Below are positions 1-11,837 of a stretch of DNA of 64,000 bases, one piece after another. The translations under genes and the position numbers were made by a program. The DNA is from Gekko japonicus (lineage: Eukaryota). The DNA is taken from contig NW_015164188.1 in NCBI RefSeq assembly GCF_001447785.1, forward strand, positions 588,472 through 652,471. The letters run 5' to 3'. A model generated the notes under the pieces. That model was not told the DNA's origin. It searched no databases and saw nothing but the letters and a program-made list of their open reading frames with translations. Numbering within the stretch: position 1 is the stretch's first letter; every line of letters begins with the position of its first letter.

Positions 1-814
1 GAATAGAAATGCCTCAGGTAGTAACTTTTGTATTTTTGTGGCTGTTTTTTCCCACTCTTTCACTTTCCTCCTGTGTCCGTGAATTTTTATCTGCCACCTG
101 AACAGGGGTGGACAGTGGGCTGCTACCCTGGAGGAGGGATTGGGGGCCAGGAACAAAGTGAGCCAAGTGGCCCTCCACGTGGCACTGGCGGGGCCATTTG
201 GCTTGGACACGAGCTATGGAGGCAATGACAACCAGCTTGCTCCAGGGCTGCTGGAGCATCCAGACCTGGATCTGGAGGGAAATACTGAACAGGCTAGGAA
301 GAAGCCTGAGACCCTCCTCAGAAAGGGGCTGAAGGAACTGAAACACGATGGACAGAGCAGACACTCACATAACAGGAATGGGTGTGTGTAGATTCCCAGC
401 CCAAAGGAACATGTTTTTGTATGGAAGGCTTAATTTTAGAGCCTTTCTTTCTTATGTCTATGTGATCATCCACAGGATCAGGTTCAAAGAGGAAGTGAGA
501 GAGGGAGAGAGCTGGGTCAGATTGCAGTCCCTGGCAGGGTTAAGCAAATCCCCTGTCTTAAATGCCACTCACCTCCTGGCATGCATACATATGACAATAC
601 TTTCAGCCTGTTACAGTAAAATCTAGATGGAGTCTTGGGACGCCTTTAAAGTCTGATGTCTGTACATGCCTGTCTCAGACAATTATGAAGGCTTGTTAAG
701 TTATAATTTCTAGAGTTTTATAAACTAGTGGATGGTGTGGAGAAAATGAAGGGATTTTATTGTGCCTTTGGGTCACCTGTAGTGAACTTTGGGTCACCCG
801 TAACGAACTTGATT

Positions 815-1120
815 AGCAATAGGTTCAAGACAGCCAAAAGTAAGCACTGCATTAGATATTACATGATCAGTTCATGAAATTAGCTACTACAATGTGACAG
901 CCACTGATTTAGAAGACTTTAACAGGATTAGACAGATACATGGAGGTGGAGAGGTCTATTGGTGGTTATTAGCTCTGATGGCTAAACAGAACCTCCATGT
1001 TCAGAGGCATTAGACCTCTGAATGCCATTTACTGGAGGCATCTCTGTGTGGTGGCTTTTGTCTTCATGCCTTGCTGGTCAGCTTCCCTAAAGCATCTTGC
1101 TGTCCACTGTGGGAAATAAG
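815..1120 (+). mobile_element. Degenerate CR1 LINE 3' region (mirror copy at ~1647..1952 on minus)
   Basis: Contains GGATTAGACAGATACATGGAGG...GAACCTCCATGTTCAGAGGCA...CCACTGTGGGAAA, typical of squamate CR1 3' ends; similar to the CR1 tail at 44545..44712. Confidence 0.7.
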
Positions 1121-1646
1121 GGCCGAGTTCAGACTGGCAGTTTGCCCCGATATAGGCATGTTTCAGAAACATTCCACAACCAAATTAAAGGGGCCGTTCA
1201 CACAGGCACATCTGTCAGGCATTCACCACCCAAACTCAACCTGTCTTGTAACCCTTTGGTCCCGAGTTTAAAAGATACCTGGTGAAAGTGGTAGCAAACC
1301 GTGGAAAGCGCAATTATCCCGTGTCCATTCCACACCAACAAAGTGTGAATGCCAAAAGCCACGTTTTTCTTATGCGCTTATGCGCATAAGCGCATAAGAA
1401 AAACGTGGCTTTTGGCATTCACACTTTGTTGGTGTGGAATGGACACGGGATAATTGCGCTTTCCACGGTTTGCTACCACTTTCACCAGGTATCTTTTAAA
1501 CTCGGGACCAAAGGGTTACAAGACAGGTTGAGTTTGGGTGGTGAATGCCTGACAGATGTGCCTGTGTGAACGGCCCCTTTAATTTGGTTGTGGAATGTTT
1601 CTGAAACATGCCTATATCGGGGCAAACTGCCAGTCTGAACTCGGCC
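1121..1646. mobile_element. PIF/Harbinger-type MITE left half folded back on itself (core of the palindrome)
   Basis: TIR GGCCGAGTTCAGACTGGCAGT. The first ~180 bp are collinear with the intact family member at 43789..44433. Confidence 0.8.
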
Positions 1647-3328
1647 CTTATTTCCCACAGTGGACAGCAAGATGCTTTAGGGAAGCTGACCAGCAAGGCA
1701 TGAAGACAAAAGCCACCACACAGAGATGCCTCCAGTAAATGGCATTCAGAGGTCTAATGCCTCTGAACATGGAGGTTCTGTTTAGCCATCAGAGCTAATA
1801 ACCACCAATAGACCTCTCCACCTCCATGTATCTGTCTAATCCTGTTAAAGTCTTCTAAATCAGTGGCTGTCACATTGTAGTAGCTAATTTCATGAACTGA
1901 TCATGTAATATCTAATGCAGTGCTTACTTTTGGCTGTCTTGAACCTATTGCTAATCAAGTTCGTTACGGGTGACCCAAAGTTCACTACAGGTGACCCAAA
2001 GTTCTAGTTGTAAGGCACAATAAAATCCCTTCATTTTCTCCACACCATCCACTAGTTTATAAAACTCTAGAAATTATAACTTAACAAGCCTTCATAATTG
2101 TCTGAGACAGGCATGTACAGACATCAGACTTTAAAGGCGTCCCAAGACTCCATCTAGATTTTGCTGTAACAGGCTGAAAGTATTGTCATATGTATGCATG
2201 CCAGGAGGTGAGTGGCATTTAAGACAGGGGATTTGCTTAACCCTGCCAGGGACTGCAATCTGACCCAGCTCTCTCCCTCTCTCACTTCCTCTTTGAACCT
2301 GATCCTGTGGATGATCACATAGACATTAGAAAGAAAGGCTCTAAAATTAAGCCTGCCATACATAAACATGTTCCTTTGGGCTGGGAATCTACACACACCC
2401 ATTCCTGTTATGTGAGTGTCTGCTCTGTCCATCGTGTTTCAGTTCCTTCAGCCCCTTTCTGAGGAGGGTCTCAGGCTTCTTCCTAGCCTGTTCAGTATTT
2501 CCCTCCAGATCCAGGTCTGGATGCTCCAGCAGCCCTGGAGCAAGCTGGTTGTCATTGCCTCCATAGCTCGTGTCCAAGCCAAATGGCCCCGCCAGTGCCA
2601 CGTGGAGGGCCACTTGGCTCACTTTGTTCCTGGACCCCAATGCCTCCTCCAGGGTAGCAGCCTACTGTCCACCCCTGTTCAGGTGGCAGAGAAAAATACA
2701 CGGACACAGGAGGAAAGTGAAACAGTGGGACAAAACAGCCACGAAAATACAAAAGTTACTACCTGAGGCATTTCTATTCAGACTTGAGTACAGTGACCAC
2801 TCACAGCGGTGATGACCAGCAATAACAGTCCTCCTAGCTAGTTAGCAGCAGTTGCCACTGCTGTGAATGGTCACGTGAAGTTCATGAAACAGATCTTGCT
2901 TTCTTTTGGCAGCACTTGAATTGCTTAAAAAAAACTCCTCTGAAGGGCCAGGGAACACTGGGGCAAGAATGGGACACAGCACTGCAGGGGAATCAGAAGA
3001 AATGAATCAGGAGCTGTTCCTCAACTGGAGCAAGAGCCTGCATGAGAATGGGGAAGGGAGATTTCTGTTCATTCCTCCTTGCCGCAGCCACCTATGTGGC
3101 ATCCTACTCTATTCCCAGAGGTCTCCCAGGCCTTGAGAGCAGCTTTTCAGGGTGCACAGAAGGCTGCAAGAGAAAAGAAAGATATCTGTTCCATGAGTTT
3201 TTTTCTGTTCCCAATTCATTGGCCCCAACTCTGTGACTTCTGCATTTTATGACCCTTTGCTCCCAACTGTTTACACACTGGAAATTTCTATAACCACATA
3301 TATCTGCCAATTGAAAATAACCATTCAT

Positions 3329-3400
3329 GCATCTGATGAAGTGGGCTCTAGTCCATGAAAGCTAATGCCATAATAAATCTGTAACATTTTAAGATGCCAA
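3329..3400 (+). ncRNA. Penelope-like element pLTR remnant with minimal type I hammerhead ribozyme motif
   Basis: GCAT-CTGATGA-A-GTGGGC-TCTA-GTCCAT-GAAA-GC-TA-ATGC, followed by AATAAA...TTTAAGATGCCA, the PLE terminus pattern. Confidence 0.7.
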
Positions 3401-4815
3401 AACTTTTTTTGCCTAGTGAGTTAGTTTATTGTCTGAGCTGAGATCAAGAGGGATTTAATTGGAATTCAAAGGCTTTCATTTGGATGAATCACACCATGGT
3501 CCTTTAATTGCATTCTTGATTTATGTAATCCGCAGTTTAAATCTGTTAGTCAAGAAGTACTCTTATTAATGATTAGCAATAAATATTGTTTATTTTATAC
3601 CATATGTAATATATTTGTAATAAATATCTGTTTTGGTGATGAACATCTGGGACCTTTTGCAAGGTCAAGGGTGATCTATGAGTGTTTCAAATACATTTTG
3701 ATATTGCTGTTTGAGCACTGGCCATTTATTTTTTTGAGCAGGATTTTTCTGTGCCTACCCGTGCCACACTTCAGGCCTTAGTCTTTGACCTTCATTGCAT
3801 TGACAGACAAGACAAACATTTTTGTTCAATTCTCAGAAACTCTCCAGTGAATTACAGTAATCTGCCTTGTAGCACCCTGGGGGGAAGAGTAACTTTTATT
3901 ACTGACCTCTACAGGATAATATCCTTCATACAGAGGCAATGGCAAAATAAAAGGAAAGAATTATGCACCTTAAACTGGTAGGAAACTTCTATATAGTGTG
4001 GAGACCAGATGATGTGCAAAGAACAAGCAGGGATTTTGAATTAGCTCGGAAAAATATGGTCTGTCGAAAGAAAGGGCTAATGGCTAAATCTGTAGTAAAA
4101 GGTCATAAAGTCCTAACCAAGAAAGGATTTGTCCCCAGTATCTATAATTCAGAGGAATATGTGTAAATCTTGGTCCTTAAGATAACACAGACTTGATAGT
4201 TTAAATGAAATAAATATTGCTTTATTAAAGCAAGGCATAGATAAGAAATCAATAAAATGCCTAACCATACTAAATGTATGCTGTATGCTAATTTGCTGCT
4301 CATTCTTTACCTCTGGCTGTGGTTACATGAGCCGTTTGGGCTGCTATCGTTGCAGTACCTTTGCGGGTTTAAAGAGCACAATCAGGCAGCAACATCTGCC
4401 TTCCGTGCCCCAGTCATAGCCACCCTTTTCTGCCCCATTTTGGAAGCAGAGTAATCAGGCACTGGGGAAATACTGATGTTTATAGAGATCAGTGCTTTCA
4501 CCTCATCTTTCCAGAACTCCCCTGGTACGAGCTCAACTCGGTTGGGAAGTCTGATCGCTCTGTTCCGTTTTCACTCCTTTTCGTTTTTTAGTCAGTTAGC
4601 AATGTGCGCATAATTTCCCACCACCAGTACGTTTTTGGCTTGGAGGTGCAGCTCAGACGCTTTAACTGTGTAAAGGAAATAAACCAGTTTAAATACCCTA
4701 TGTAAACAGCTGGAAAGTTTGATTCTTCAGTGGAAAAGTTGTTTTTTCTTGGAAGATTGCTGGCTTTGATGCAAACTAGCACTTGACTGAGTTATTTGAA
4801 CAGAGTGCCTAGCTG

Positions 4816-6908
4816 GATTCAATGGATTATTTTTTGCCTTTTGCCCTGCCTTTGTGGACTGCTTTTGCTTTCTTTTTGGATATCTCTTTAATGGATCTGG
4901 TTACTGGAATAACAAATAACATCTCACCTTGGTAGAGTCCTTTTGAATGCTCAAGGGATTGGGACTTTCCCGTTGAAGAGAAATAACTTTTGTGAATCTG
5001 TATGCTATATTTTGTGTTCCTATAAACTGGGAAAAAATTGGAACCCCAAGAAGAAGATAAAGAACTTGGAAACATAATTTCCTCTGTGTGGTTTTACAAT
5101 TTATATTTTCTGGATATACAATTTATATTTTTGGAGCATAAAAGCTTCTTGGAATTACAGGTAACATTTATTGGAGAGTTATGATTGGTACATTGTGGAA
5201 ATCTTTAAAAGCTATTGGAAATATAATTCCCTCCTTGTGGATTTACAACCTATACCTTGTGTCTATACCTGGAACTCTATAGAACATTTAGTGAAAGCCT
5301 AAAATTTGTGCAGTGTGGAACTGTAGAACATTGATATTTGAACTGAGAACACTTGACATTTTGCATAAAGCTGTTGGTAAGGTGAGAGAGTGTTAAAAAA
5401 GATACGGGGGAAGCTTTCAGTTGGCCTGTGTTTACATTATATTGTGCTTATTGTGGGAACTAAACGACTGGAATTGCCTGAAGTATGGAGTGATATTGTT
5501 TAGACTGCCTAAGTATTATTAATAATAATAAAATAAGGAAAAGCTGTGGACGTGTTTGAAAATCAGTATTGCGGTTAAATTGTTTTGGAACATTGGGAAC
5601 ATTGGAAGTCCCTTGAAGTATTATTGAAACAATTTGTGTGTGTGCTGGCACTGACAAAGGGAAAAGGGGGAGGGAGGTCTTGGGAACTGTTAGTTTAAAT
5701 GAAAAATGTCTTCTGGTTCAGCTAGACCCTCGCCAAATGTAACAAAATAAGTAACCCAAAACCCAGCTAATCAAGAACTGCAGGCCATGATCAAAGATGC
5801 TGTAAATAAAGCAATAGGAAATACAATTCCACAGGCCATAAGCAATGCACTACCAAGATTCAATGGATTATTTTTTGCCTTTTGCCCTGCCTTTGTGGAC
5901 TGCTTTTGCTTTCTTTTTGGATATCTCTTTAATGGATCTGGTTACTGGAATAACAAATAACATCTCACCTTGGTAGAGTCCTTTTGAATGCTCAAGGGAT
6001 TGGGACTTTCCCGTTGAAGAGAAATAACTTTTGTGAATCTGTATGCTATATTTTGTGTTCCTATAAACTGGGAAAAAATTGGAACCCCAAGAAGAAGATA
6101 AAGAACTTGGAAACATAATTTCCTCTGTGTGGTTTTACAATTTATATTTTCTGGATATACAATTTATATTTTTGGAGCATAAAAGCTTCTTGGAATTACA
6201 GGTAACATTTATTGGAGACTTATGATTGGTACATTGTGGAAATCTTTAAAAGCTATTGGAAATATAATTCCCTCCTTGTGGATTTACAACCTATACCTTG
6301 TGTCTATACCTGGAACTCTATAGAACATTTAGTGAAAGCCTAAAATTTGTGCAGTGTGGAACTATAGAACACTGATATTTGAATTGAGAACACTTGACAT
6401 TTTGCATAAAGCTGTTGGTAAGGCGAGAGAGCGTTAAAAATAAAGAGGGGGGAAGCTTTCAGTTGGCCTGTGTTCACATTGCAGTGTGCTTATTGTGGGA
6501 ACTAAATGACTGGGATTGCCCTCTCTGAAGTATAGAGTGATATTGTTTGGACTGCCTAAGTATTAATAATAATAAAATAAGGAAAAGCTGTGGACATGTT
6601 TGAAAATCAGTATTGCGGTTAAATTGTTTGGGAACATTGGAAGACTCTTGAAGTATTATTGAAACAATTTGTGTATGTGTTGGCACTGACAAAGGGAAAA
6701 GAGGAGAGGAGGAGGGTCTTGGGAACTAACTGTGAGTTTAAATTAAAAATGTCTTCTGGTTCAGCTAGACCCTCACCAAATGTAACAAAATCATTAACCC
6801 AAAACCCAGGTAAGATGCCAAATCAAGAACTGCAGGCCATGATCAAAGATGCTGTAAATAAAGCAATAGGAAATACAATTCCACAGACCATAAAGAATGC
6901 ACTACCAA
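4816..6908 (+). repeat. Tandem duplication (period 1041 bp) of L1 5'UTR plus ORF1 start
   Basis: Copy A 4816..5856 and copy B 5857..6908 both begin GATTCAATGGATTATTTTTTGCC and end GCACTACCAA. Identical 82-aa antisense ORFs at 4827 and 5868. Confidence 0.95.
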
Positions 6909-7708
6909 TTGTGATTGAACCCCTTCAAGCAAGATTTGATGCTTTGGTGTTACAAGTGACATCTCAAACCCAGGAATACAAACAACAGATCCTGGAAAAT
7001 ACTCAACAAATTACCACATTAAAACAGACTACTATCCAGCTGCAGGATAAGTCTGAAGAGACAGACCAAAGATTTCAAATTATGGAAGCCAAACAAGATC
7101 TTCTAGAAGATTCTTTATTTAGGCTAGAATTGGACAAAGCTTCTTATATGTTGAGGTTCCAGAACATCCCAGAAGATAAAGATGAAGATGTAAAAGAAAA
7201 AATAATTAAAATATTGGCAACATACTTGAAAGAAGAGAGTACTCAGGATATCTCGGATGAGATAGACATGGCCTATAGAATGAATTCAGCATATGCAAAA
7301 AGAAATAAAGTGCCCAGAGAGATTCATATGAGATTCCACACAAAGGTCATGAGAGACACCATCTTAAAAACTACAAGCAAAAAGACACTTTATGTGCAAG
7401 AGACAGAAATCCCAATTTTGAAGGAGATTCCATGGAGAGTAAGAGAAAAGAGAAGAAGCTACTCCCAATTTACAAGACTATTTAGAGAAAATGGAATAAG
7501 ATATAGATGGCTGCTCCCTGAAGACATTTTCTTCATCTTTGAAGGTAAAAGATACAGAATAAAATTGATATTTAAAATGGAAGATTTCCTTAAAAAAAAC
7601 ATGAAGAAGATCTTGGAGCCAAAGAAGAAGAAGAGGGAGAAGAGGAGCAAGATGAAGAGGAGGGAAGGTGTGAAGGAGAAGGAGAAGATCAACAGGATAA
7701 AGGTATAA
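6749..7708 (+). CDS. L1 ORF1p-like RNA-binding protein (coiled coil + RRM + CTD); C-terminus probably frameshifted
   Basis: ATG at 6749 within the 349-aa ORF. A heptad-rich segment precedes LRFQNIPED...IDMAYR...PREIHMRF...ILK...GIRYRWLLP, the L1 ORF1 pattern. Lies directly upstream of ORF2. Confidence 0.85.
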   Translation: MSSGSARPSPNVTKSLTQNPGKMPNQELQAMIKDAVNKAIGNTIPQTIKNALPIVIEPLQARFDALVLQVTSQTQEYKQQILENTQQITTLKQTTIQLQDKSEETDQRFQIMEAKQDLLEDSLFRLELDKASYMLRFQNIPEDKDEDVKEKIIKILATYLKEESTQDISDEIDMAYRMNSAYAKRNKVPREIHMRFHTKVMRDTILKTTSKKTLYVQETEIPILKEIPWRVREKRRSYSQFTRLFRENGIRYRWLLPEDIFFIFEGKRYRIKLIFKMEDFLKKNMKKILEPKKKKREKRSKMKRREGVKEKEKINRIKV

Positions 7709-7822
7709 CAGGGCCCAAAACAGGGAGGATGAAGAAAAAAGGTAAGGAAATACCATGTGTCATAGTAACAAGACTGCAAGAAAAGAATAGAACTGGAATC
7801 AAGAACAAAAAAGAGGTAAAAG

Positions 7823-10800
7823 ATGGATAGGAAGAAGATAAAAATAATTTCAATCAATGTTAATGGATTGAATCCTCCACAAAAAAGAAAACAAATATTC
7901 CAACAAATTAAGAAGATGCAAGTGGATGTAGTCTGCTTACAAGAAACTCATATTAAATATTCAGATAAAAAGTATTTAGAAGCAAAAAATTGGAAAATTT
8001 TGGATCAGCGAACAGACAAAAGAAAAAGAGAGGAGTTGCTACTTATGTAAAAGAACATTTACATCCAGAATTGGTGTATGAATCAGAAGATGGAAGACTG
8101 GTGATAGTTAAAATACAAAGACAAGCTAAAACTATGATTGTGTATGATATGGCATGGATATCAACTAATATGGTAAATGATATCATAGAAGTAGAAATTT
8201 TCCCTTTGATATACGCAAATCAACATCCCCTACTTTTGACTCTACAGGATACACCAAGAAAAATAGATGGACAATGAATTTATGGCTATTAAAAGATGCA
8301 GAATTTATTACCAGATCTAAAGAAGAATTTCAAGAATTTTTTAAAGCAAATACCCAAGCAGAGATTTCTAAAGACATAATTTGGGATGCCTATAAAGCAT
8401 ATGTGAGAAGGGTGAAAAGAAAAAAGGAAACAGAAATTTACCCAGATTGAAGAACAAATCAAACAAGAAGAGCAAAAGATGCATTCTGAACCCTCAATAA
8501 ATAGAACATACAAGATTAAAGATTAAAAATTTACAACACCAACTCAACTGCATGTTAACACAAGAAATTGCAAAGAAAATAACGTTTGCAAAACAAAATT
8601 ATTTTGAAAATGTTAATAAACCTACTAGGCATACAAATTGCGGAAACAAGCAGATAAGAAACACATAAAATACTAAAAAAATGAAAATGGTGAAGATAAA
8701 AATATCTATAAAGAAATAAAGACTATAGTAGAAGGGTTTTATAGTACTCTGTACCAAGAAGGAAGCTCCAGCCAAGATCAGATTAGAGACTTTCTACAGA
8801 AATTTAACAAAAAAGAATTTACAGAAGATCAAAGGAAAACATTAAATGACCCAATTTCCTTTTCAGAAATAATTCAGGCTATTAAAAAAAAGAAGAACTC
8901 CAGGCCCAGATGGTTTACCTGCAGAATTTTACCAGATATTTGAGGATCAAATTGTACTACCTCTGAAAAATACCATTCAAAATATATTTGAACAAAAGAA
9001 GCTACCAGAGTCCTGGAATCAAGCACTAATTACTTTAATACACAAGGCTGATACAGATGAAAGTGAAATTAAAAATTACCAACCAATTTCACTTCTGAAT
9101 GTAGATTATAAAATTTATGCATCTATCTTGGCAAGCAGACTGAAAAGGGTTTTATCTAAAATAATCCACCAGGATCAATCAGGTTTTTTGCCAAAGAGAC
9201 AAATGAGAAATAATGTGAGAACCATTCTGAATGTGTTAGAATATTTTGAAACACATCCTGAAAAGCAAATGGCATTATTATTTCTATATGCGGAACTGGT
9301 CTTTTATGTTGGAACAATAGGTGGCCTGGAACTGTGGAGAATACTTTTATGCCATGGTGAGAGCAATATACACATCACAAACAGCAAGAATTATAGTAAA
9401 TGGTGATCTCACACAAAATATTAAAATTGAAAAAGGAACAAGACAAGGATGCCCATTATCCTCGCTTTTAATTATTTTTACACTGGAAACATTAAACAAC
9501 ATGATTAGAGAAGATGGCAAAATCAGGGGAGTATAAACTACAAGGTGAGGAGTATAAACTACAAGCATTTGCTGATGACTTAGTATTTATATTAGAAGAA
9601 CTCCAAAATTCAATAGTTCAACTTCTACAAGTAATAAAAGAATATGGACAGTATGCTGGCTTGAAAATAAAACTTAAAAAAAAAACTATTGCTAAAAATT
9701 GTACCAAAGGACAAGAGCAAGATATACAAAATACTTCAGGAATGGAAGTACAGAAAAAAATTAAATACTTAGGAATAATAATAGCTAATAAATGCAGCTC
9801 GTTGTACAAAGACAACTATACGAAGGATCTAGAAAACTGCAAACATTTGCAACTATCATTTATGGGAAGAATAGCAACAGTCAAGATGAACATTTTACCC
9901 AGATTGATCTTCCTATTTCAGACAATTCCAATTATAAAAGAGCAAAAATACTTCAAAGAGCTAGAAAAACTGATAAGACAATTCATCTGGGAAGGTAAAG
10001 AACCAAGAATTAAGTTTAAAATATTACAAGATTCCAAGGAAAGAGGAGGATTTACACTATCTGATTGGCAACTGTATTATAAAGTGGCAGTTCTTACATG
10101 GGTAAAGGATTGGATTACATTGGAAGATATGAGACTGTTAAAGCTGGAAGGACATGATTTAATGCTGGGCTGGCATGCTTTTGTTTGGAACCAAAAAAGT
10201 GGTAACCACAAGTATTTCTAGTAACATGTTCTGAGAGCAGCATTAATTAAGGAATGGGAGCAAGTTCAGAAATTGTATTATAATAAGATACCAAAATGGG
10301 TCTCCCCATTAGAAGCCTTTACAAATCCAATGACATTTACAAAGCAAAAGTTGTGGAGATATCAAGACTTTTTAGATAGCCAACACAAATTAATTCAGCA
10401 AGAAAAGCTAAAAGAAAAAGGTATCAACCTGAACTGGTGGGAAAGAGCACAAATAGATTATAGATATGTGAAAGATAAAATGATGGGATTTTGTGATTGT
10501 TCTGGTCCTGGGGTACCGGGACTTAACCCACACACCCCAGGAACCCCAATGACCACCAACTCACCCAGTAGACCCACAGACTGAGAAGACCTCGCAACGC
10601 CAGACCCTGTCAGCACAGCTGAGGCACAACAGTCCGGACCAGTCTGACCGTGAAACGAAGAGTCTCAAGGAGCAGCAGGAGAGGCCAATGGGACCAGGGA
10701 GAGGCTGACAGTGAACACACAAACACATGAGACCCCGCATGCCTGGACAGTGTTGGAGCTTATCATGGGGGGCGGGGCTGGGAGGAATGAGAGGAGAGAG

Positions 10801-11837
10801 AGGCGGGAATGGGAGACAGTGCTGGGAGAGGGAGCTGGGTATAAAGGAGAGGGAAGTGAAGGGGCCAGGGAGGAAGGACATGCTTGGAATTACCTGATGC
10901 AGGCAGAAAGAGAAGGAGTCCAGGGAGGACACTGAGAAGCTGGGGAACCGATGCACAGAGGTAGAGGGACTTACGGAGTGTCATCAAACTCCGTCTCCTA
11001 CCCATCTGAGGCCCCAACGCTCCCCCTCTTCTTTAACAGGTCTCAACTTCCAGAGCTGTCGGACCTCCCCCACCTTGAGTTGTCACGGCCATGGGAGGGT
11101 CCACGCCCGGAGCCCAGGGTGGGCTTGACAGTGATGTACCTGTAGAAATAGATAAAATTTTGTGGTGTGTTGAAGGGAAATATATAAAATTATTTTATAA
11201 GTTGTTATTAGAGACAAAAATGCAGGATGAGGTAGTAAAAGAAGCAATGATTAAATGGGCACAAAACATAGGTCATAACATACAACTAGAACAATGGGAA
11301 AAGGTATGGAAAGTTAACATAAAGCTCTCTAAAGCTGTGTCTTATAAAGAAAATATATACAAAATGTTTTATAGATGGCATATGACACCTGAAAACTTAG
11401 CTAAATGGTACCCAAGTATGTCAAATGTATGTCGGAAATGTAAATGAAAAACTGGCTCTTTTTACCATATGTGGTGGACATGTAATGTTGTTTAAAAAAT
11501 ATTGGATATGGAGACATGAGATAGTACAAAAAATACTTGATGCAAATGTACCATTCATACCAGAATTGTTTTATTAAATATTGTCCCACAACATTTTAAT
11601 ATACAAGATGTATATGAGATTATACAAATTGTAACTACAGCTAGAATTTTATATGCAAAATATTGGAAAAAAGAAGAGACACCGACAAAGGAACAACTAA
11701 TTTTCTGGCTGTTAGATGCAGCAGAAATGGACAAATTAACTTTACAATTACATGAAAAACAAGAAGGGAACTTTGAAAGAAAATGGGCGAGATTTTATAA
11801 TTGGATGCAAAATTATCCTGGAGAACTCAAATCATGA
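7823..11837 (+). pseudogene. L1 ORF2 (APE endonuclease, reverse transcriptase, C-terminal Cys-rich domain), disrupted
   Basis: Motifs IISINVNGLN, VCLQETH, YQPISLLNVDYKI, IHQDQSGF, GTRQGCPLS, AFADD, IKYLGI, CRKC...HMWWTC. Many frameshifts and stops; the GDFN part of the endonuclease is deleted near 8140; LTR insertion at 10498. Confidence 0.93.
10498..11130. mobile_element. Solo LTR (633 bp) inserted in L1 ORF2
   Basis: TGT...ACA termini and 5-bp TSD GTGAT (10493..10497, 11131..11135). Removing it rejoins ORF2 as MMGFCD-VPVEIDKIL. TATAAA-like motif near 10840. GC-rich island within AT-rich L1. Confidence 0.88.

Larger units (their letters stand above)
1..2779. repeat. Giant spacer-less inverted repeat (palindrome), axis between 1383 and 1384; runs off the left edge of the window
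   Basis: 1..25 GAATAGAAATGCCTCAGGTAGTAAC is the reverse complement of 2755..2779. ORF pairs are mirrored (1071..1271+/1496..1696-, 348..626+/2154..2432-). The apex reads TTATGCGCTTATGC|GCATAAGCGCATAA. Confidence 0.98.

Noticed and set aside
14-2812. Paired ORFs of 62-116 aa in the palindrome arms
   Set aside because: No recognisable domain. The pairing simply reflects the inverted repeat, and several ORFs overlap CR1 or MITE sequence.
3963-4166. 67-aa ATG-initiated basic ORF followed by AATAAA
   Set aside because: No motif I can recognise, and the length is within chance expectation. A tBLASTn or HMM search would be needed.
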